A stretch of 64,000 nt of DNA from Eledone cirrhosa (GCA_964016885.1 OZ024743.1:239134001-239198000), one strand, 5' to 3'. Positions 12,764-27,400 are shown, counted from the first letter of the stretch. Program-made: numbers and translations. Notes: generated from the sequence alone by a model not told the origin.

Positions 12764-14014
12764 CAGGGGTTGGACAAAATAATGGAAATACCTTAAAATT
12801 TCAAACATATTTATTTTAATATGGGGTAGGACCGCCTTTGGCAGTAATTACAGCTTGAATTCTACAAGGTATGGACTCGTACAAAGGTTGAATTGTTTCC
12901 AAAGGAATTTTTGTCCATTGTTCATCTAAAACAGTCTCCAGTTTTTGTAGTGATGATGGTGGAGGATATCGACTCCTTACTTGTTTTTTTAAAATGCACC
13001 GTAAATGTTCAATAATATTGAGATCTGGGGACTGTAGTGGCCAGATAAGATGTTCAACTTCACTAGAATGTTCCTCGTGCCATTCAGTAACAACTTTAGC
13101 TGTGTGAATTAGTGCATTATCATCCTGAAAGATTGCGTTTCCCTCCGGAAATAGTTCCGCAACCATAGGATGAATTTGATCAGATAAAATGCTTAAATTG
13201 TCTTGACTATTAATTCTGCAATGAAGGGAAACCATTGGGCCGGCGGATTTCCAAGATATAGCTCCCCAGATCATCACAGATCCTCCTCCGTGTTTAACAG
13301 TTGGAAGAAGGCAGACTGAGCCAAATGCTTCTTTTGGCTGTCTCCACACGTATAATCGGCTGGTGGTAAAGGATGACTCGTCCGAGAAAATAACATTCTT
13401 CCACTGCTCTAGGGACCAATTCTGTAGGTATTTACTCCACTCTAAACGCTCTGCAACGTTTGTTTTTGAAAGTAGTGGTTTTCTGATTGCAGCCCTCCCG
13501 TGAAATCTGGCTTTGTGCAGCTTCCGGTGAACAGTTTTTGTGGAATCTGGGTTCTCGAGGTGCTCTGCAGTAATTTTGGGAGCTGTACTGTTGTGATCTT
13601 TCTAACAATTCGCGTAAGAGTCGGACGGTCCTTATCTGAAAGTTTTGGTTTTCTTCCAGAGTTTTGTTTCGACGAGGAGGTTTTTCCCTCTTTCTCAAAG
13701 GCTGTCATTACTTTCAAGACAGTACTTCTTGATACACCAAACATTTCGGCTGTTATCGTTACGCTATCGCCTGCCATACGAGCACCAACAATTTGATCTC
13801 TTTGAAATTCCGATAGATCTGTCATTTTAATGAATTTTAATTACCATTTTCAGATGATATCTGAAAAGAAACAGCAATGTTAACAAAACATATTTAGCAG
13901 CACTAATAATAAATAAAAAAAACATAAAAAGAAACAAGCTTTTGACGGTTTATAGATATCTCAAAATTATGATGCTATGATGCTAGGTGTTTCCATTATT
14001 TTGTCCAACTCCTG
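12764..14014 (-). mobile_element. Full-length Tc1-family transposon with DD36E triad, transposase frameshifted
   Basis: 30-bp TIRs at 12764-12793 and 13985-14014 in a TA context. ORFs 13442-13825 (HTH) and 12816-13349. Motifs VIFSDES, FQDDNA and SPDLNIIE, with 36 residues between D and E. Confidence 0.9.
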
Positions 14015-14023
14015 AATATATAT

Positions 14024-14539
14024 AACGAAGGAATTGTGGTAAGGAACCAGATGGACCATAACGCCCCAGAGTACTCAATACTTAGGGTAGTAGAATGGGT
14101 AATAGGAGAAAGTATGACCCCGATGGCAGAGCTCAAGCCGTTTCGCCGGCTATTTCTGGACTAAAATAAGAGTTTTTTTTAGTCTGGTAAATAAATAGCC
14201 GAACTTTTCAAGGGGTACTTCCTTATATGGGAAGATTGTAGTTATCAAGAGGATTGGTAAAAATTTGTAGCAGACACAGAACAGTCTATCATGGCAGTGG
14301 GTGCGGGGTGGGGATGGCTGAACTTGCCTGTAGAACGATAGGGGAGTGGGTAGAGCCGGTCAAGCGTAGAAGGTGAAATCTACACGGCAAATTCTAAGGA
14401 AAATATTCCAGAAATAGCCGTCGAAACGGCTTGAGCTCTGCCGTCGGGGTCATGCTTTCTCCTATTACCCACTCTACTACTAAGTATTGAGTACTCTGGT
14501 GTGTTATGGTCCATCTGGTTCCTTACCACAACTCCTTCG

Positions 14540-14540
<1 letters not shown>
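14024..14540. mobile_element. Fold-back pair of PLE pLTR fragments (family of 3300-3637)
   Basis: Minus copy 14024-14400 and plus copy 14408-14540 end at the same terminal base, and both abut (TA)n. Confidence 0.85.
14117..14216 (-). ncRNA. Type I HHR, U3:A8 variant (copy 2)
   Basis: The minus strand reads acccc TTGAAAA gttcggc...gccggc GAAA cggc..gcc ATC ggggt. Confidence 0.7.
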
Positions 14541-14582
<42 letters not shown>

Positions 14583-14922
14583 CCGCTTGCCACTTTTTCT
14601 AATATATAAATAGAGACAAGTGAACGAAAGAAAAATTTATGAAAGCTATACCTATGCAAGATGTCTACATTAGACAACATATTTTGATTAGTACCCCAGA
14701 AGTTTCTATGAGAAACCAATGAAGTGACAGATGGTAATTTACGTTATTAGTTGCAAATTTTCCGAGATTGACTTTGGTATTCATCGATCGCTTGATAGAG
14801 TTTCGGCAGTCATGTAATGGTGTCTATATATTAAACTGCAATTTCTACACAAATAGAATACATCTCTCTTTCCTTTTCTCTTTTTGTATTCTCTCTCCCT
14901 CCCCTTCCCCACTCTCTCTCAT

Positions 14923-14970
<48 letters not shown>

Positions 14971-15054
14971 TTAAAACAAAACAAAAAGACAATAACGAAG
15001 AGTGCAGTACAAAGTGTTAGTATTAGGTTCACGCTTGAGAGTGGGGGTGAGGAA

Positions 15055-15084
15055 CGACGTTTCGGGCATAAGCCCTTCATCAGG
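15055..15084 (-). ncRNA. Minimal HHR core in a probable PLE pLTR remnant
   Basis: The minus strand reads CTGATGA a gggc-ttat-gccc GAAA C GTC. Stem I pairing is poor. Confidence 0.6.
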
Positions 15085-15712
15085 AGAAAAGTGGGAAGGA
15101 AAAGAGTTCCGAGGGTGTGAGTGGGGAGTGGTGGAATGAAGGGAAGGAAAAAAAATAAAAAAGAGGGTAAAAAAATTAAAATGAAACAAGTGGTGAAAGA
15201 ATGTGAGGCGTGTGGAGGTGGAGGCGAGTGGATAGAGGGGGAGACAGGGGTTCCGAGTGGGGAGGGAGGAAGTGGTGTGTGTGTGTGTATGTGTGTATGT
15301 CAGTGTGAGAGTTTGGGGAAGAACGAGGTTCCATGTTCGGGTAATAGGAAAACCAGTGTGTACACAGGGTGGGGTATAAGTCAGTATATGTGTGTGCGTG
15401 TGGATGGACAGGGGTCAGAGAGGATATATATATTACTATATACATACATATATTAGTAATATATACGTAGGTAAAGATACCCAAGGTATTGAGCAACTGA
15501 AGTCTGTAAGGGGAGTTAGAATATAATTATTAACGCCATTCACTACAAATGTGGTATACCAGGTACATACGTTTCTTTAGCCCTGAGGACCATCTCCATC
15601 AAACTTTGCAATGGAAATGAACCGGAGAATGTGCCATTTGTAACATTTTGGTAATCAAGTGCAACGAAACGTACGTACCTCGTATGACACCGGTGTAGTT
15701 ACTGGCATTAAT

Positions 15713-15796
<84 letters not shown>

Positions 15797-16288
15797 GACA
15801 TCGGGTCTTCAAAATGGAGGAAAACTGGCATATAATAAAATAGAGAAAAAAATAAACGTATACACATATATTAGGGTGTTTAATATTTCTAGGGAAAAAC
15901 ATTTTGTTGGATTTCCCTAACATTGATTTTGCTCTGAATGATATTTTACATTAAAGCTACAAAATCGAAAATATGAGGAGATACGGATATATTTAGGAGT
16001 TACACACTTTGGTACTTTTTGAATGCTACGCCAAAAAATGCCAAAAAATTACTTCAACACTTGTCGATTGTAGCCAGGCTGCATTTTTTTGTATTTTTGT
16101 CTGTGTACATGCAGGAAACGTTTCTAATGTTTATATGATCTTAAATGAAACGGAAATGAACCATAAGCTAAGTATGTAGAAATAATTTACATCAGTGAAC
16201 ATTTTTCATTTTTCGTACAAAGAAGAAATATTTGGTATCATGTTGATATTGTTTTGATAATTTTACAAGATAATGAGTTAATAATAAT

Positions 16289-16463
16289 TGTTTCTACTTT
16301 TGGCACAAGCCCAGCAATTACGCCAGTGCATTACTGGTACTTTATTTTATCGACCCCGTAAGGCAAAGCTAACCTCGGCCAGATTTGAACTCAGAACGCA
16401 AAGGGCCACAACTCTATGCTGCAAAGCCTGGTGTCTGACGCTCTACTGCTTCTGCCATTCCAC
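16289..16463 (-). mobile_element. tRNA-derived SINE
   Basis: B-box GAGTTCAAATC on the minus strand, central ggggtcgataaaataaagtacc block and ATT tail. The family is multi-copy in this window. Confidence 0.85.
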
Positions 16464-16478
16464 TGAGTTAATAATAAT

Positions 16479-16667
16479 TGTTTCTACTTTTGGCACAAAG
16501 CCAGCAATTACCCAGTGTATCATTGGTAATTTATTTTATCGACCCCGTAAGGATGAAAGGCAAAGTTAACCTCGGCGTGATTTGAACTCAGACCATGAAG
16601 GGCCGTAACTCTTTGCTGCAAAACATGTCGTCAGACCCTCTACCGATACTGCCAATCCACCGCCCAT
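16479..16667 (-). mobile_element. tRNA-derived SINE (tandem second copy)
   Basis: Same features as the first copy, flanked by tgagttaataataat. Confidence 0.85.
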
Positions 16668-18244
16668 TGAGTTAATAATAATGTTCTAATGCAAGGCCAT
16701 TGCATTGTTGGTTCAGTCTGGTTAGCGAGTAGTAAACACAATATCTTTGGTACAATTCCATCTGTTGCTATAAAGTTACGATATAATGTTTTTCTCCTTT
16801 GTTTTTCACAGCCTGAATGGGTTCCAGAATTAAAATTGATTGATTGATTTTGATTTTCATCTTTCACAGAGAATAAGAAAATGGAAACCAGAAAAGTCAT
16901 TTGGTTGCTTGAGCAAAAGCCAGAAGGGCAGTTACCCCCGACAAAACTCCTCTCCAAGGGCTCTTGTATTTTCTCTTCCATCACATCGAATGTTGAGAGA
17001 CAATTTAAATTGTAAAAAACACTATCCAGAAGATCCAGGGAGTGTAGAGAAAAGCAAATATCCCTACCAAAATGAGAAATCATATAAGGAGTATCAACGA
17101 GTGAAAAAAGAACCTTCAAGGCTGATTGATGAAACAAATGCAAAGCGTAAGATTTAGAAAGGCATTCGCGAAGAAAGTTTTGACATTGTAAGCCAGAACT
17201 TTCTCGAACGAAAGATGTTTCACCTAAAACAGCTTTCCTTTAGACACAGCGGGAAGATCTGTTGCCTTCATTCCTGACTGGTATTAATGCAGAACATGTG
17301 AGAGCCATTCAGAAGAAGGAATAGAAGATCCAGGATATGCAAGTAGGAAAGAGAATGTCAAGAAAATGTCCGAGAAAGTATCTCATGAAAGTTCGTCATC
17401 CAGCGCAGTTATTAATAATGATGATGAAATCTTTAAGTTAGCATCGCTCCGAAAATCTCTGCGAATAAAGCTGATTTTTGACATCACTTTTGTTGCCATA
17501 TGAGTATGGGAGAAATTATCGTTATGACAAACAAGTATTTCTTACATTGCAATTGCAATGAGTCTTGGTCATGATGTGTCAGAACCCTCGATTTCACCCT
17601 CAACTGTTTATTAAACAAGATCCACTAACCGTGAAAAGAAATCACAAGAAATAGAGTTATCCACTTTCTCATCCGAAGACAGATCCTGGCTAATCGTCAA
17701 CTGAGATGTAGAATTATTACCGTCGGCTTCCCGATCCAGCATACTTGAACATTATATTGTAGGCTTAATTGCAGTAGAAATGTTCCGATTGCATGAGATG
17801 GAACCCGAACACAAATCACTGGTCGTTTTGAAGGACATTCAACGACTCAAAATTGAGGATAGAATAATTGGTATGACCTTCATACCACCACCAGTAATAC
17901 CGGCATGCACCAAGGAGACAATAAGAACATATAAGCAACTTCGAAAAAATCATTCTTGTGGCTAGCTTGCCACCATCACAATCTTGAATTAGTTTTGAAG
18001 AAACTCTTCGAGATCATTTACCCATCATCTGATCCCAGTATTCCTATATTCAAAATTTTCAGGAATGTTGAGACACCAAATAAAAATTTGTGAAAGTGTG
18101 CAATCACTAACTAGTATTTGATTGACTAATAATTCAGTACATTTTGTTATCTCATCAATTTTAATACGGGTGTAATCAATATGAGCTGATTGGTGAATAA
18201 TTTACGAAATGGAGCACACTAATCCTTATATATATATTAATATA

Positions 18245-20112
18245 TATATTGTCAAAGTTCTTTCATCACACATTCTGTGACCTCCTCAGTGACTAATTTG
18301 TTATTTCGTGTCTCTCCTTTGTTCTCTCCTACACCTTCCTGTTTTGTGTGTTGGGTGGTGTGTATTTGGGATGCGCATGCGTTATAGCCGTGCGTGTGCT
18401 TTTATTTATTTATACGTATATTTACTTGTCACTAGTTGATTATTTGTTCTATCTGTGTGTGTCTGGTTTGTTTTATGTGAAGTATGTGTGAGGTATCCGA
18501 TAAAAGTCATACATTATAATGAAATAGTGAAATATAAATTATTAAGGTTAAACCTAAAGGTGGTAAGATGATATAAGATCATATATTGTATCAAATAAAT
18601 TAATATATGATGTTAATAATGTATATGTATCATATACAATACATACATATGGGGAATACCGATAAATTATCACATTATCAATTTAACATAAAATTAAGTA
18701 CTAGTTGAAGTATACAGACATAATTAATTTATATGTTTTTATTTTCAATGACTATCTAATACATATTAATCCTATAAATTTATCAAATTTATGGCATCGA
18801 ATTGAATGAAAGATCCCCAGTAATTATATTTAAATATTTAATATTAAGGTAAAAAATCGAGGAGGTTAGATAAGATAGTATACTGTATTAACTAAACAAT
18901 TGTAACATAATCTACATAAATATTAAAGACAAATGATAAATGATTACATTGTTATAGATTCAGTATAAATTTGTTAATTGACATTATTGGGTTTGCAATA
19001 GTTAAACCTTTATAGGTTTTTATGTGGGCAAGTTGAAACGATCATGTGTGTAGATATATCAGTCCTTTCAGGTGGTTTATATTTAACGCTAATATTACAT
19101 TGCGTTATAAGTTTGTATGGGGATTATAGGATTTAGATATATTTGTTTATGTTAATGTCCTTATAATATTTTATTGTTATTATTATCTATACTATTGGTG
19201 TTTTGTGTTTGTATATTCTTATCATTTTTAAGGTTATAAAACTTATTATTATGTTTCAATCTAGATGTTTTTCATTGCCATGATGTATGATATTATATCA
19301 TGCTGCCTACGCTAATTTACATAACCATCATATAACATGATGCATTTTGTTTAAAGACAGTTTCATTATAGGATAATGTGCTAATTCTTTTAGATATACC
19401 TTTAACTATTGAGTTAATTATTGTTACTCACCTGGTTTATGGTATGATCTGTAAGTGCCTATTTTAGTATTTATGTATACAGTTATACTTAGGTTTAAAG
19501 AATTTATGCAAATCCTTTCTTGTTCTTTCTATGTTTTTTTTTAAATTCTAAAAAAAAAAAGAGTATCATCTCGGTATAATCACTCTTGAAGGATGGGATA
19601 TTCTTGCTTATTTCCCTAAATAAATGTAATTCGACTAAATCAGTTACTTGGGCTGGATCCCTGGACCTCATTGTGATATCAAAGCTATTTAGAATAATAT
19701 TACGTGACCATAAATTATCTTCAAATACAACTATAGTCTTACGCTCTGCTAAAATTATATCTGTTTCGGATCAAGCAAGGTCACTTAATCTCATTTCCAT
19801 TATAAGAGTCCGATAAAGTAAATTAGGGGATATAGATGTGTAATAGGTATTAATATCAAATTGGATGAATTTATTACATATTTTATTTTTTAGCTTGTTA
19901 AACTAATCAAGCACTTCATTGGAGTCATCCCAAAGCTTAAATATTATTTTTCGTTTTATTGTAGGGATGAGTTTGCCAAAGATCATTTTACTAATTTTAC
20001 CGATATCAGATTTAGAAGAGCATATTAATATTATTGATGGGTTGATACTGAAGTCATTTTTATGATCCTTTAATGATCCTTTAAATCTTGGGGATTTGGG
20101 GTATACGGTTCA
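18245..20112 (-). mobile_element. Decayed PLE (RT fragment plus pLTR)
   Basis: The minus strand gives LKDHKNDF, SKSDIGKISK, KFIQFDINTYYTSISP and TMRSRDPAQVTDLV, homologous to the PLE ORFs at 22181 and 28445. Confidence 0.8.
18251..18293 (-). ncRNA. Minimal type I HHR
   Basis: The minus strand reads gtca CTGAGGA g gtcaca-gaatg-tgtgat GAAA gaa CTT tgac. It lies at the 3' end of the minus-strand PLE. Confidence 0.65.
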
Positions 20113-20192
20113 ATATGTGTGTATATATATGTGGTGTATATATGTATGTATCTCTATATATATGTATTTATATATATATATAGAAGTGTTAA

Positions 20193-20305
20193 CACAACAG
20201 TTAGTTCACCTTACCGAGAACAAATGTTTCACCTTAGCGGATCCTCAGCTCGTAATTACGGTAAGGTGAAACAGTTGTTCTCGGTATGGTGAACTAACTG
20301 TTGTG
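20193..20305. repeat. 44-bp inverted repeat containing a minus-strand HHR (20211-20255)
   Basis: Arms at 20193-20236 and 20262-20305. The minus strand reads ttacgag CTGAGGA tccgctaaggt GAAA cattt GTT ctcggtaa. Confidence 0.7.
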
Positions 20306-20401
20306 AAACCACCTCTACCTAACACGTCCCATGGACTGAGTGCTCCACGACTACGGATATTACCTTCCAGTATTATACCTCTCTCTCTATCTCTCTCTCT
20401 C

Positions 20402-20440
<39 letters not shown>

Positions 20441-20468
20441 GTATGTATATATATATATATATATATAT

Positions 20469-20741
20469 ATAGTGACGAAACATAAGTCAATTGCATGAAC
20501 TCATAATCCTTTATTTACTGCTATATATATTTCGATGATAGCCATTGAATGGCTATGAACTCATCAGGCAGTATTTCCCAAGGCTCTGATTCCATCAACA
20601 CAATAAACACAGAGCTGGCATATCTAAGAACTGACTTACTGCCTGGTGAGGTCATAGCCATTCAATGGCTATCATCGAAATATATATAGCAGTAAATAAA
20701 GGATCATGAGTTCATGCAATTGACTTATGTTTTGTCACTAT
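20469..20741. mobile_element. Fold-back of two HHR-bearing pLTR-like arms
   Basis: Arms 20469-20573 and 20637-20741 differ at 4 positions. The minus HHR 20517-20572 is intact (actgc CTGATGA..GAAA TATATA TA gcagt). The plus HHR 20638-20693 has CTGGTGA. Confidence 0.85.
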
Positions 20742-20849
20742 TATAACTCCGGAACTTATATCTTCGTTGAGTGCTCCCTATCCGCATACTGAAGTACTGG
20801 ATTTTACCAACACTTAATTCCTTGCTTATATATATATATATATAAACTC

Positions 20850-21060
20850 CACCAGTTGCAGACTACGCATCAACATGAGATATTTTTCTCCACAAAGTTC
20901 GATCGCAAACAGCAGAGTTTACAGACCAAAAATCAAGTCCAGTCGATAAGTTGACATTATCAAGCCATCGTTGTGGCTGCCGGTCTCTGCCTCTCCTACC
21001 AGCCAACTTCCCTTCCAAGCATAACCTACTCACACCACGAGCTGATCTTTTTATATGACC
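20850..21060 (-). mobile_element. RTE-like LINE 3' fragment
   Basis: GHIKR..RLCLEGKLAGRRGRDRQPQRWLDNV..DRTLWR. Confidence 0.7.
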
Positions 21061-21814
21061 GTTTAGTTTGAGTATTCTTGGGTTGACAATTGATGTAATT
21101 GGTTTAAGTCTGGTAAATGCGATTTCTTTGAAATTTTTTACAGAGCTTCTCCTTGCACAAAACCTGTACATGATCTACAAAGGCTTTCAAAAATCGATAT
21201 TGGGGCCTTTGGAGACATTAAAAAAGTTTCCGTTATTTATGTCAATATTCGTGATTAAGTAAGAGTTATCTTTAAGTAAGACAAGGGTTATCTTTCTTAA
21301 TTCGGCTCATTCGGATTTTAATTTACGCTTTGTACCTGAAACAAACGGTACGCTTTCTTGAGACTAACAATACCATTTTGTATATTGCACAACCAGCAAT
21401 TTCTAACAGATTACTAAGTTAAGTTATACATTTGACATTGTATAATTTATCGTTTCAAGCTTGATGTTCATACATTAAGTGATGTCATAACTTTTACAAT
21501 ATTATGCTTTGTACATAATAGTGTCTATTATTCACTTCACTTCTCTATTTCATGATGTGCTTTTACTGTTGTCAAAAAATGTATACCTAGACTGGATTTC
21601 TGTTGTTACGTGGTATAACGGATGACACCGAGCTCACATATTAATTATTTCGCTGGAATAGTGCCTAAGGTTTTCATGTTTACATAAAGTACGTTTTTCT
21701 TCTATGTATTCAAATTTACTTTGTTTAGTTTAATGAACTACATCGAAAGCTCCTTGAACCGTCCAAAGGACGGGTAGTTTAGCTAGTATATATATATATA
21801 TATAGAGAGAGAAA

Positions 21815-23878
21815 TGCTCGGCATAATCAAAAAATATTAAATTTAGGAAAAACCCATATATAGGTCACCAATACCTCAGATCTCTAAAAGATAAAATCAC
21901 TGAAATAAAAAATGTTAACAAAGTATTGGTTAAATCTGACAAAACTAATAATTTATATGGGATAAGCAAAGATGAATATAACGACCTGATCCTGAAAGAA
22001 CTTAGGAAAAATTACAAAAAGGCTCCGGCTGATGATCTTACTGAAATTATGAAGAAGCCTTTAATTTAATTACTAATCCAGGAATACAAGGAAGAACTGA
22101 GCCATTCTTACCTAGACAGCCGAGAATTAACCTGAAAGATCATAAAAGACACTTTAAGGAAGAAATGCCAGTTAGACTTATTGCTTCATCGAAATCGGAA
22201 TATAGGAGTAATCAGTAAAAACATCATAGATAGAATATTACCCACTCTTAAATTGACATCTAGTTTGAGCTTATGGAAAGCTACAAACGAGGTCATTGAA
22301 TGGTACAAAAACATTGAAGATAAGAAAAACTATAAATTCATCCAGATGGATATTACTAGGTACTATTCTTCTATAACACCTAAACTTCTAAATAAGGCCC
22401 TCTCATATGCTTATAAGCATACCGATCTAACCGTAAATGAAATAGATATAATTTTAACAGCTAGAAGAACTCTCATTAACTTCAATAACGAATTTTGGAC
22501 ACGCTCAGATAGAGATAGAAACTTTGATATCACTATGGGGGCATCTGATGCCGCGCAAATCACAGATCTTCTGGGAATTTTCATATTAAACATGATAAAT
22601 AGAAAACTGCCGGAGATTACCGGTGGTTTATATAGAGATGAAATTTTATTTACGGTGGTCAAACACAATAATAGAGATTTAAATAGAGTTAAGAAAAGTA
22701 TAATAGAATTCTTTAAAACGTACGACCTTAAATTAGAAGTAGAAAATGGTACCAAAATAGTTAATTTACTTGACGTTACCTTTAACTTAAACACTGGATT
22801 CTATTACCCTTTTCATAAGCCTAATGAAAACTTAAACTATGTTAGTAACTATTCAAATCACCCTAGATCTGTAAAAAAAGCTATAGTAAATAGTGTTCAA
22901 AAACGTATTAATAAAATATCAGCTAATAAAGATATATTTGATAAAAATGTGGAATATTACGACAACGCTCTAAAAAGATCAGGATATATGAATAATATAG
23001 AATATGTAGATAATAACAATCCAAGTATTATTCCTAATAATAATAATAAAAATAATAACACATATAAGAGTAACTCTAATAACTATAACTGAAACACACA
23101 TACGCTAAATAAATCGAGAATACGAACTAGATCTAAATCAGTCATATGGTTTGCACCCCCAGCTTCGGTCGCAGTTAAAACACCAATTGCAAAACTATTC
23201 TTTAAAGCTCTTGACACCTCTTTCCCTACTCAACATAAATATCATTCCATTTTTAATAGACATACCATTAAATTCACAAATTCTACAACCAGTAACATGG
23301 CCCAAAACATCGCCAAATTAAACGCCAAAATCCTAAAACCAAACCAACATAATGATCATAATAACAGAGTTAACATTAATGATACTAAACCAAAATGTAA
23401 TTGTAGAAATAAAAGTAATTTCCCTTTGCAAAATAATTGTTTAGATAGTAATTTGGTTTATAAATGCACCGTAAAAACTGACCATAAAACATACAATTAC
23501 ATTGGATCAACCTTGTCCACATTCAAACTTCGTTTCGCGAACCATAAATGCTCATTCTCGAACTCTAAGAAGAAATCATCCACGTCTTTATCACAGCTCA
23601 TATGGTCTTTAAAAGAGAAGAATCTAGAATACTCCTTTCTTTGGACAAAACTTCGGAACTGTGGAATTTACCGCAACTCTAGTATATTAAATAACTGCCC
23701 ACTCTGTACAATGGAGACCCTGTTGATTATTAATAATTATGAGACCCTAATTAACAAAAAAAGTGAATTATTCTCTAATTGCCTCCATAAAGCTACGTCC
23801 ACTTTTTTAGCCTCACATAAAATGAGAAAGAAAGAATCAATAACAACTCGGTTACCAGGAATATATAATCAACAGTAA
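21815..23878 (+). pseudogene. PLE RT + C-terminal GIY-YIG endonuclease, disrupted
   Basis: Motifs VKSDKTNNLY, FIQMDITRYYSSI, TMGASDAAQITDL, GLYRDE, LLDVTFNL, CNCRNK, VYKC..YIG..FKLRFANH and CPLC..E..LINKKSE..CLH. There are frameshifts before 22181 and a single in-frame TGA at 23090. Confidence 0.9.
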
Positions 23879-25403
23879 AAAATATCAATGGCCTTTAATA
23901 CTGCTTTATTTTATAACTATCTATAGAAAAAACAACGTTAGAATGAATGACAATATTTCAATTAGCATGTCTAAACATTGATACACACAACTTTATTTTG
24001 TTAACTTTGATCAACACCATCATTTATCTATAATTTAGTACAGTACCTAATCCTTACATATCTATTGAATTTATTTAACTGTGAATTTTTAATACATTTG
24101 TGATCTCTTTTAAATTTTAGTTTAATACCCAATCCAAACATTTTTACGAAACTTATCTATAACTCCAAATTTTTAATGACTTTTTGATCTATTATTTATA
24201 GTATAATATATTATATATTTCTTTTAAATATACTTACTGCACTATAAAATCTAAATTTGAGACGGATTCAAACTTATATATAAATGCGAATTTTTCGCTG
24301 TACTTTCGATCGCTTATTTATTTATTTATAATATATATGTAGCTATATATTGTATTTTATATATTATTAAATATTTTTAAATATACCTACCATACTTCTA
24401 TATACATGATTCAAATATAGAGAAAATATCTAAACGAAAAATTATTATAGACATTATTTTGAACTTTATATTATACATGCACTCATTGTTTGTTTTTCTT
24501 ATATGTATATATATATAAATTTAAATGTAACACGTTGTTAAGAGTATAACTGTTATCATTTACCTAAAGTATACTACACTAATAATACCTACTATATATC
24601 TATATATATACATCCCTATATCTAATAATATGTTGATATCTTGGTTGAAGAATAATTAGTACATTTACACCCAGTTATACATATGTATATATTTATCTGT
24701 AATATATTATTTTATTTTTATCTTCGTCGGAATTATTTACCTTAAACATACCGGCTCATTAATATATACCTATATACATAATAGTTATTTAAATATTTCT
24801 AACAATAAGTACTTCAAAAGCTTTACATACCTAATATGTTGGGATATTTGTTAAAGTTTAGATTTAGGTAATTAATCAACAGTATAATATTTCATTCTTT
24901 ATGTGCCAGCTAAATCCTTTAAATGTTATTCTCACAATTCAGAAGTTTAGATATGATAACAAATTTATCGAATTTATATAAATAATATATAAATAATTCG
25001 CAAATAATCCTGACATCCGGAGTTTTCACCTTAATATTATAAATTAAATATTTTCAGATCTAATCATTTAACTTTCGACCCCCCCCCCTCTCACTTTATC
25101 TTTCCCTCCTTATAAATCTTTTTCTAGTGGCTATCACTGGCTGTTATGATTCATGAGACGTTTCCCTAGATATATTGTAGTATCATACACTTTAAAATGT
25201 TAGAACACTTACAGTAAGCAAAATTTTTTCTTACTCACACATTCTCCAATGAATTTATTACGGTTTCGCACTTTCACACATATATTATATAAGTAACATT
25301 TTCTATCGGGTAATCACTACCTTGATTAAATCTTAACCATTTAACATTTCAGGGTATGTCATGTATCATTATATTTTGTATATAAGTATTATTAATACTT
25401 ATA

Positions 25404-25459
<56 letters not shown>

Positions 25460-25982
25460 AAGTGTTAAAACGATCAAATTTTAGTTTAGAACATTTATTT
25501 GCTGACAATTGTTTCTTCCAGAGGGAAGTCTGGCTATATCGGAGCATAGGGAATGTCGAAACATGCTACTAAAACCCTAGTCATTTAGAACATTTAGGGT
25601 ACATAATTGTCGTTAGTGTCATAGGTAACATCTGGAGAGTCAGGAGTTAAAAATATGTTCTGCTTGAAAGAACACAATTACAGGCAGCACTGGTTGAAAG
25701 TGTAAGAGGTATAAGCGAAAAAGCACAAGCAAAAAAAAAAAAATACAGGCAAAAAAGTTATAAGCAAGGAAACAATTGTAAGCAAATAAATGTTCTAAAC
25801 TAAAATTTGATTGTTTTAACACTTTGTATCTCGACTCTGTAAAACACTTGAAAATTTGCATTGGGCCTTTTGTCATAAGGGTAACCGGCTAGTACTTAAT
25901 ACTACACTCCATATTTATAGTTGAATTAAACATATATAAATATAAATATTCTTATTACTATATATATATATATATATATATG

Positions 25983-26270
<288 letters not shown>

Positions 26271-27042
26271 TTGTATATGGGTTTATAGATATCTATAAAA
26301 ATATATTTGGATATATAATTGTGTGTGTATGTATTTGTGTGTGTGTATCTGTGTGTATGTAACTAAGACAGTCAATTGATTTAAATAGTACATAAATTAA
26401 ATGACATCATTCCAATGTAATCTACGAACTTAAGTAAGTACAACAGCAGAAATCCCACTAAAGGACATTTATATATTTAAATCCCTAAGACACATTTGAA
26501 GGAGAATGTGGTAACGATTTCTAGCAGGACGGCTGGCTGCTGAGCTGTCTTTCGTTATATAGCTATTATCGTTTTCTTCGTTGTCGTTAAAGACATTCTT
26601 CGTTTCTGTAAAAGTAACGAAAAACAAAAAAAAAATAATAAAACATATATAATATATACACTTCCACTGCATTCTGATTTATGTTTTTATATTATTCCTA
26701 CTTAAGCTTTTGCATGCCGGATGTCGGTGTTACCATTGTCATTGGCTACTCTACATTAAAAACATTTAGGTGGGCAGCTGAAATACAGCACAGGTCGACA
26801 TTTATCAAACGTGGTTACTTGGTTATGAAAATATTTATGTTTTGATGTAGGAATTACCATTACACTGCACCAACAATACACATGTCCCCCTACACTTCAC
26901 CTACATCTCAACATCTTTCTCAAACAAAACCTTAAAACATGTTATATCGCACCTATAAACTATGTTATAAACATATATTTATTATCTATCTGTTTATCCA
27001 TCTGTTTATCTATCTATATATCTATCAATTAACCCATACATC

Positions 27043-27199
<157 letters not shown>

Positions 27200-27232
27200 T
27201 TACTTGTATCGAGATCTGACTTTCTACTATGT

Positions 27233-27311
<79 letters not shown>

Positions 27312-27364
27312 TATAATTATATAGATATATAGATATTTTAAGTATGATATATAAACATATATAC

Positions 27365-27400
<36 letters not shown>

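Larger units (their letters stand above)
15872..18160 (+). mobile_element. Decayed hAT (hATm-like) transposon interrupted by SINEs
   Basis: Motifs RKANIPTK (~17048), AMSLGHDVS (~17555), LIVN*DVELLP (equivalent to LxVHWDGKLLP, ~17690), GMTF/TTTSNTGMHQG and FLWLACHHHNLELVL (CxxH, ~17953). TAGGGTG at 15872 is a candidate left terminus. Confidence 0.75.

Noticed and set aside
16800-16880. Splice-acceptor-like tttcacag sites suggesting host exons
   Set aside because: The downstream sequence is decayed hAT transposase, so these are at most transposon introns.
20637-20741. A6-to-G HHR lesion as a fixed ADAR editing mark
   Set aside because: The four arm differences (A/G, T/G, T/C, C/T) show no A-to-G bias.
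23090-23092. Single in-frame TGA between PLE RT and endonuclease (selenocysteine or readthrough?)
   Set aside because: It lies in an Asn-rich linker rather than at a conserved Cys. The copy also has frameshifts and YRDE instead of YRDD, and I recognised no SECIS. A nonsense mutation is the simpler explanation.
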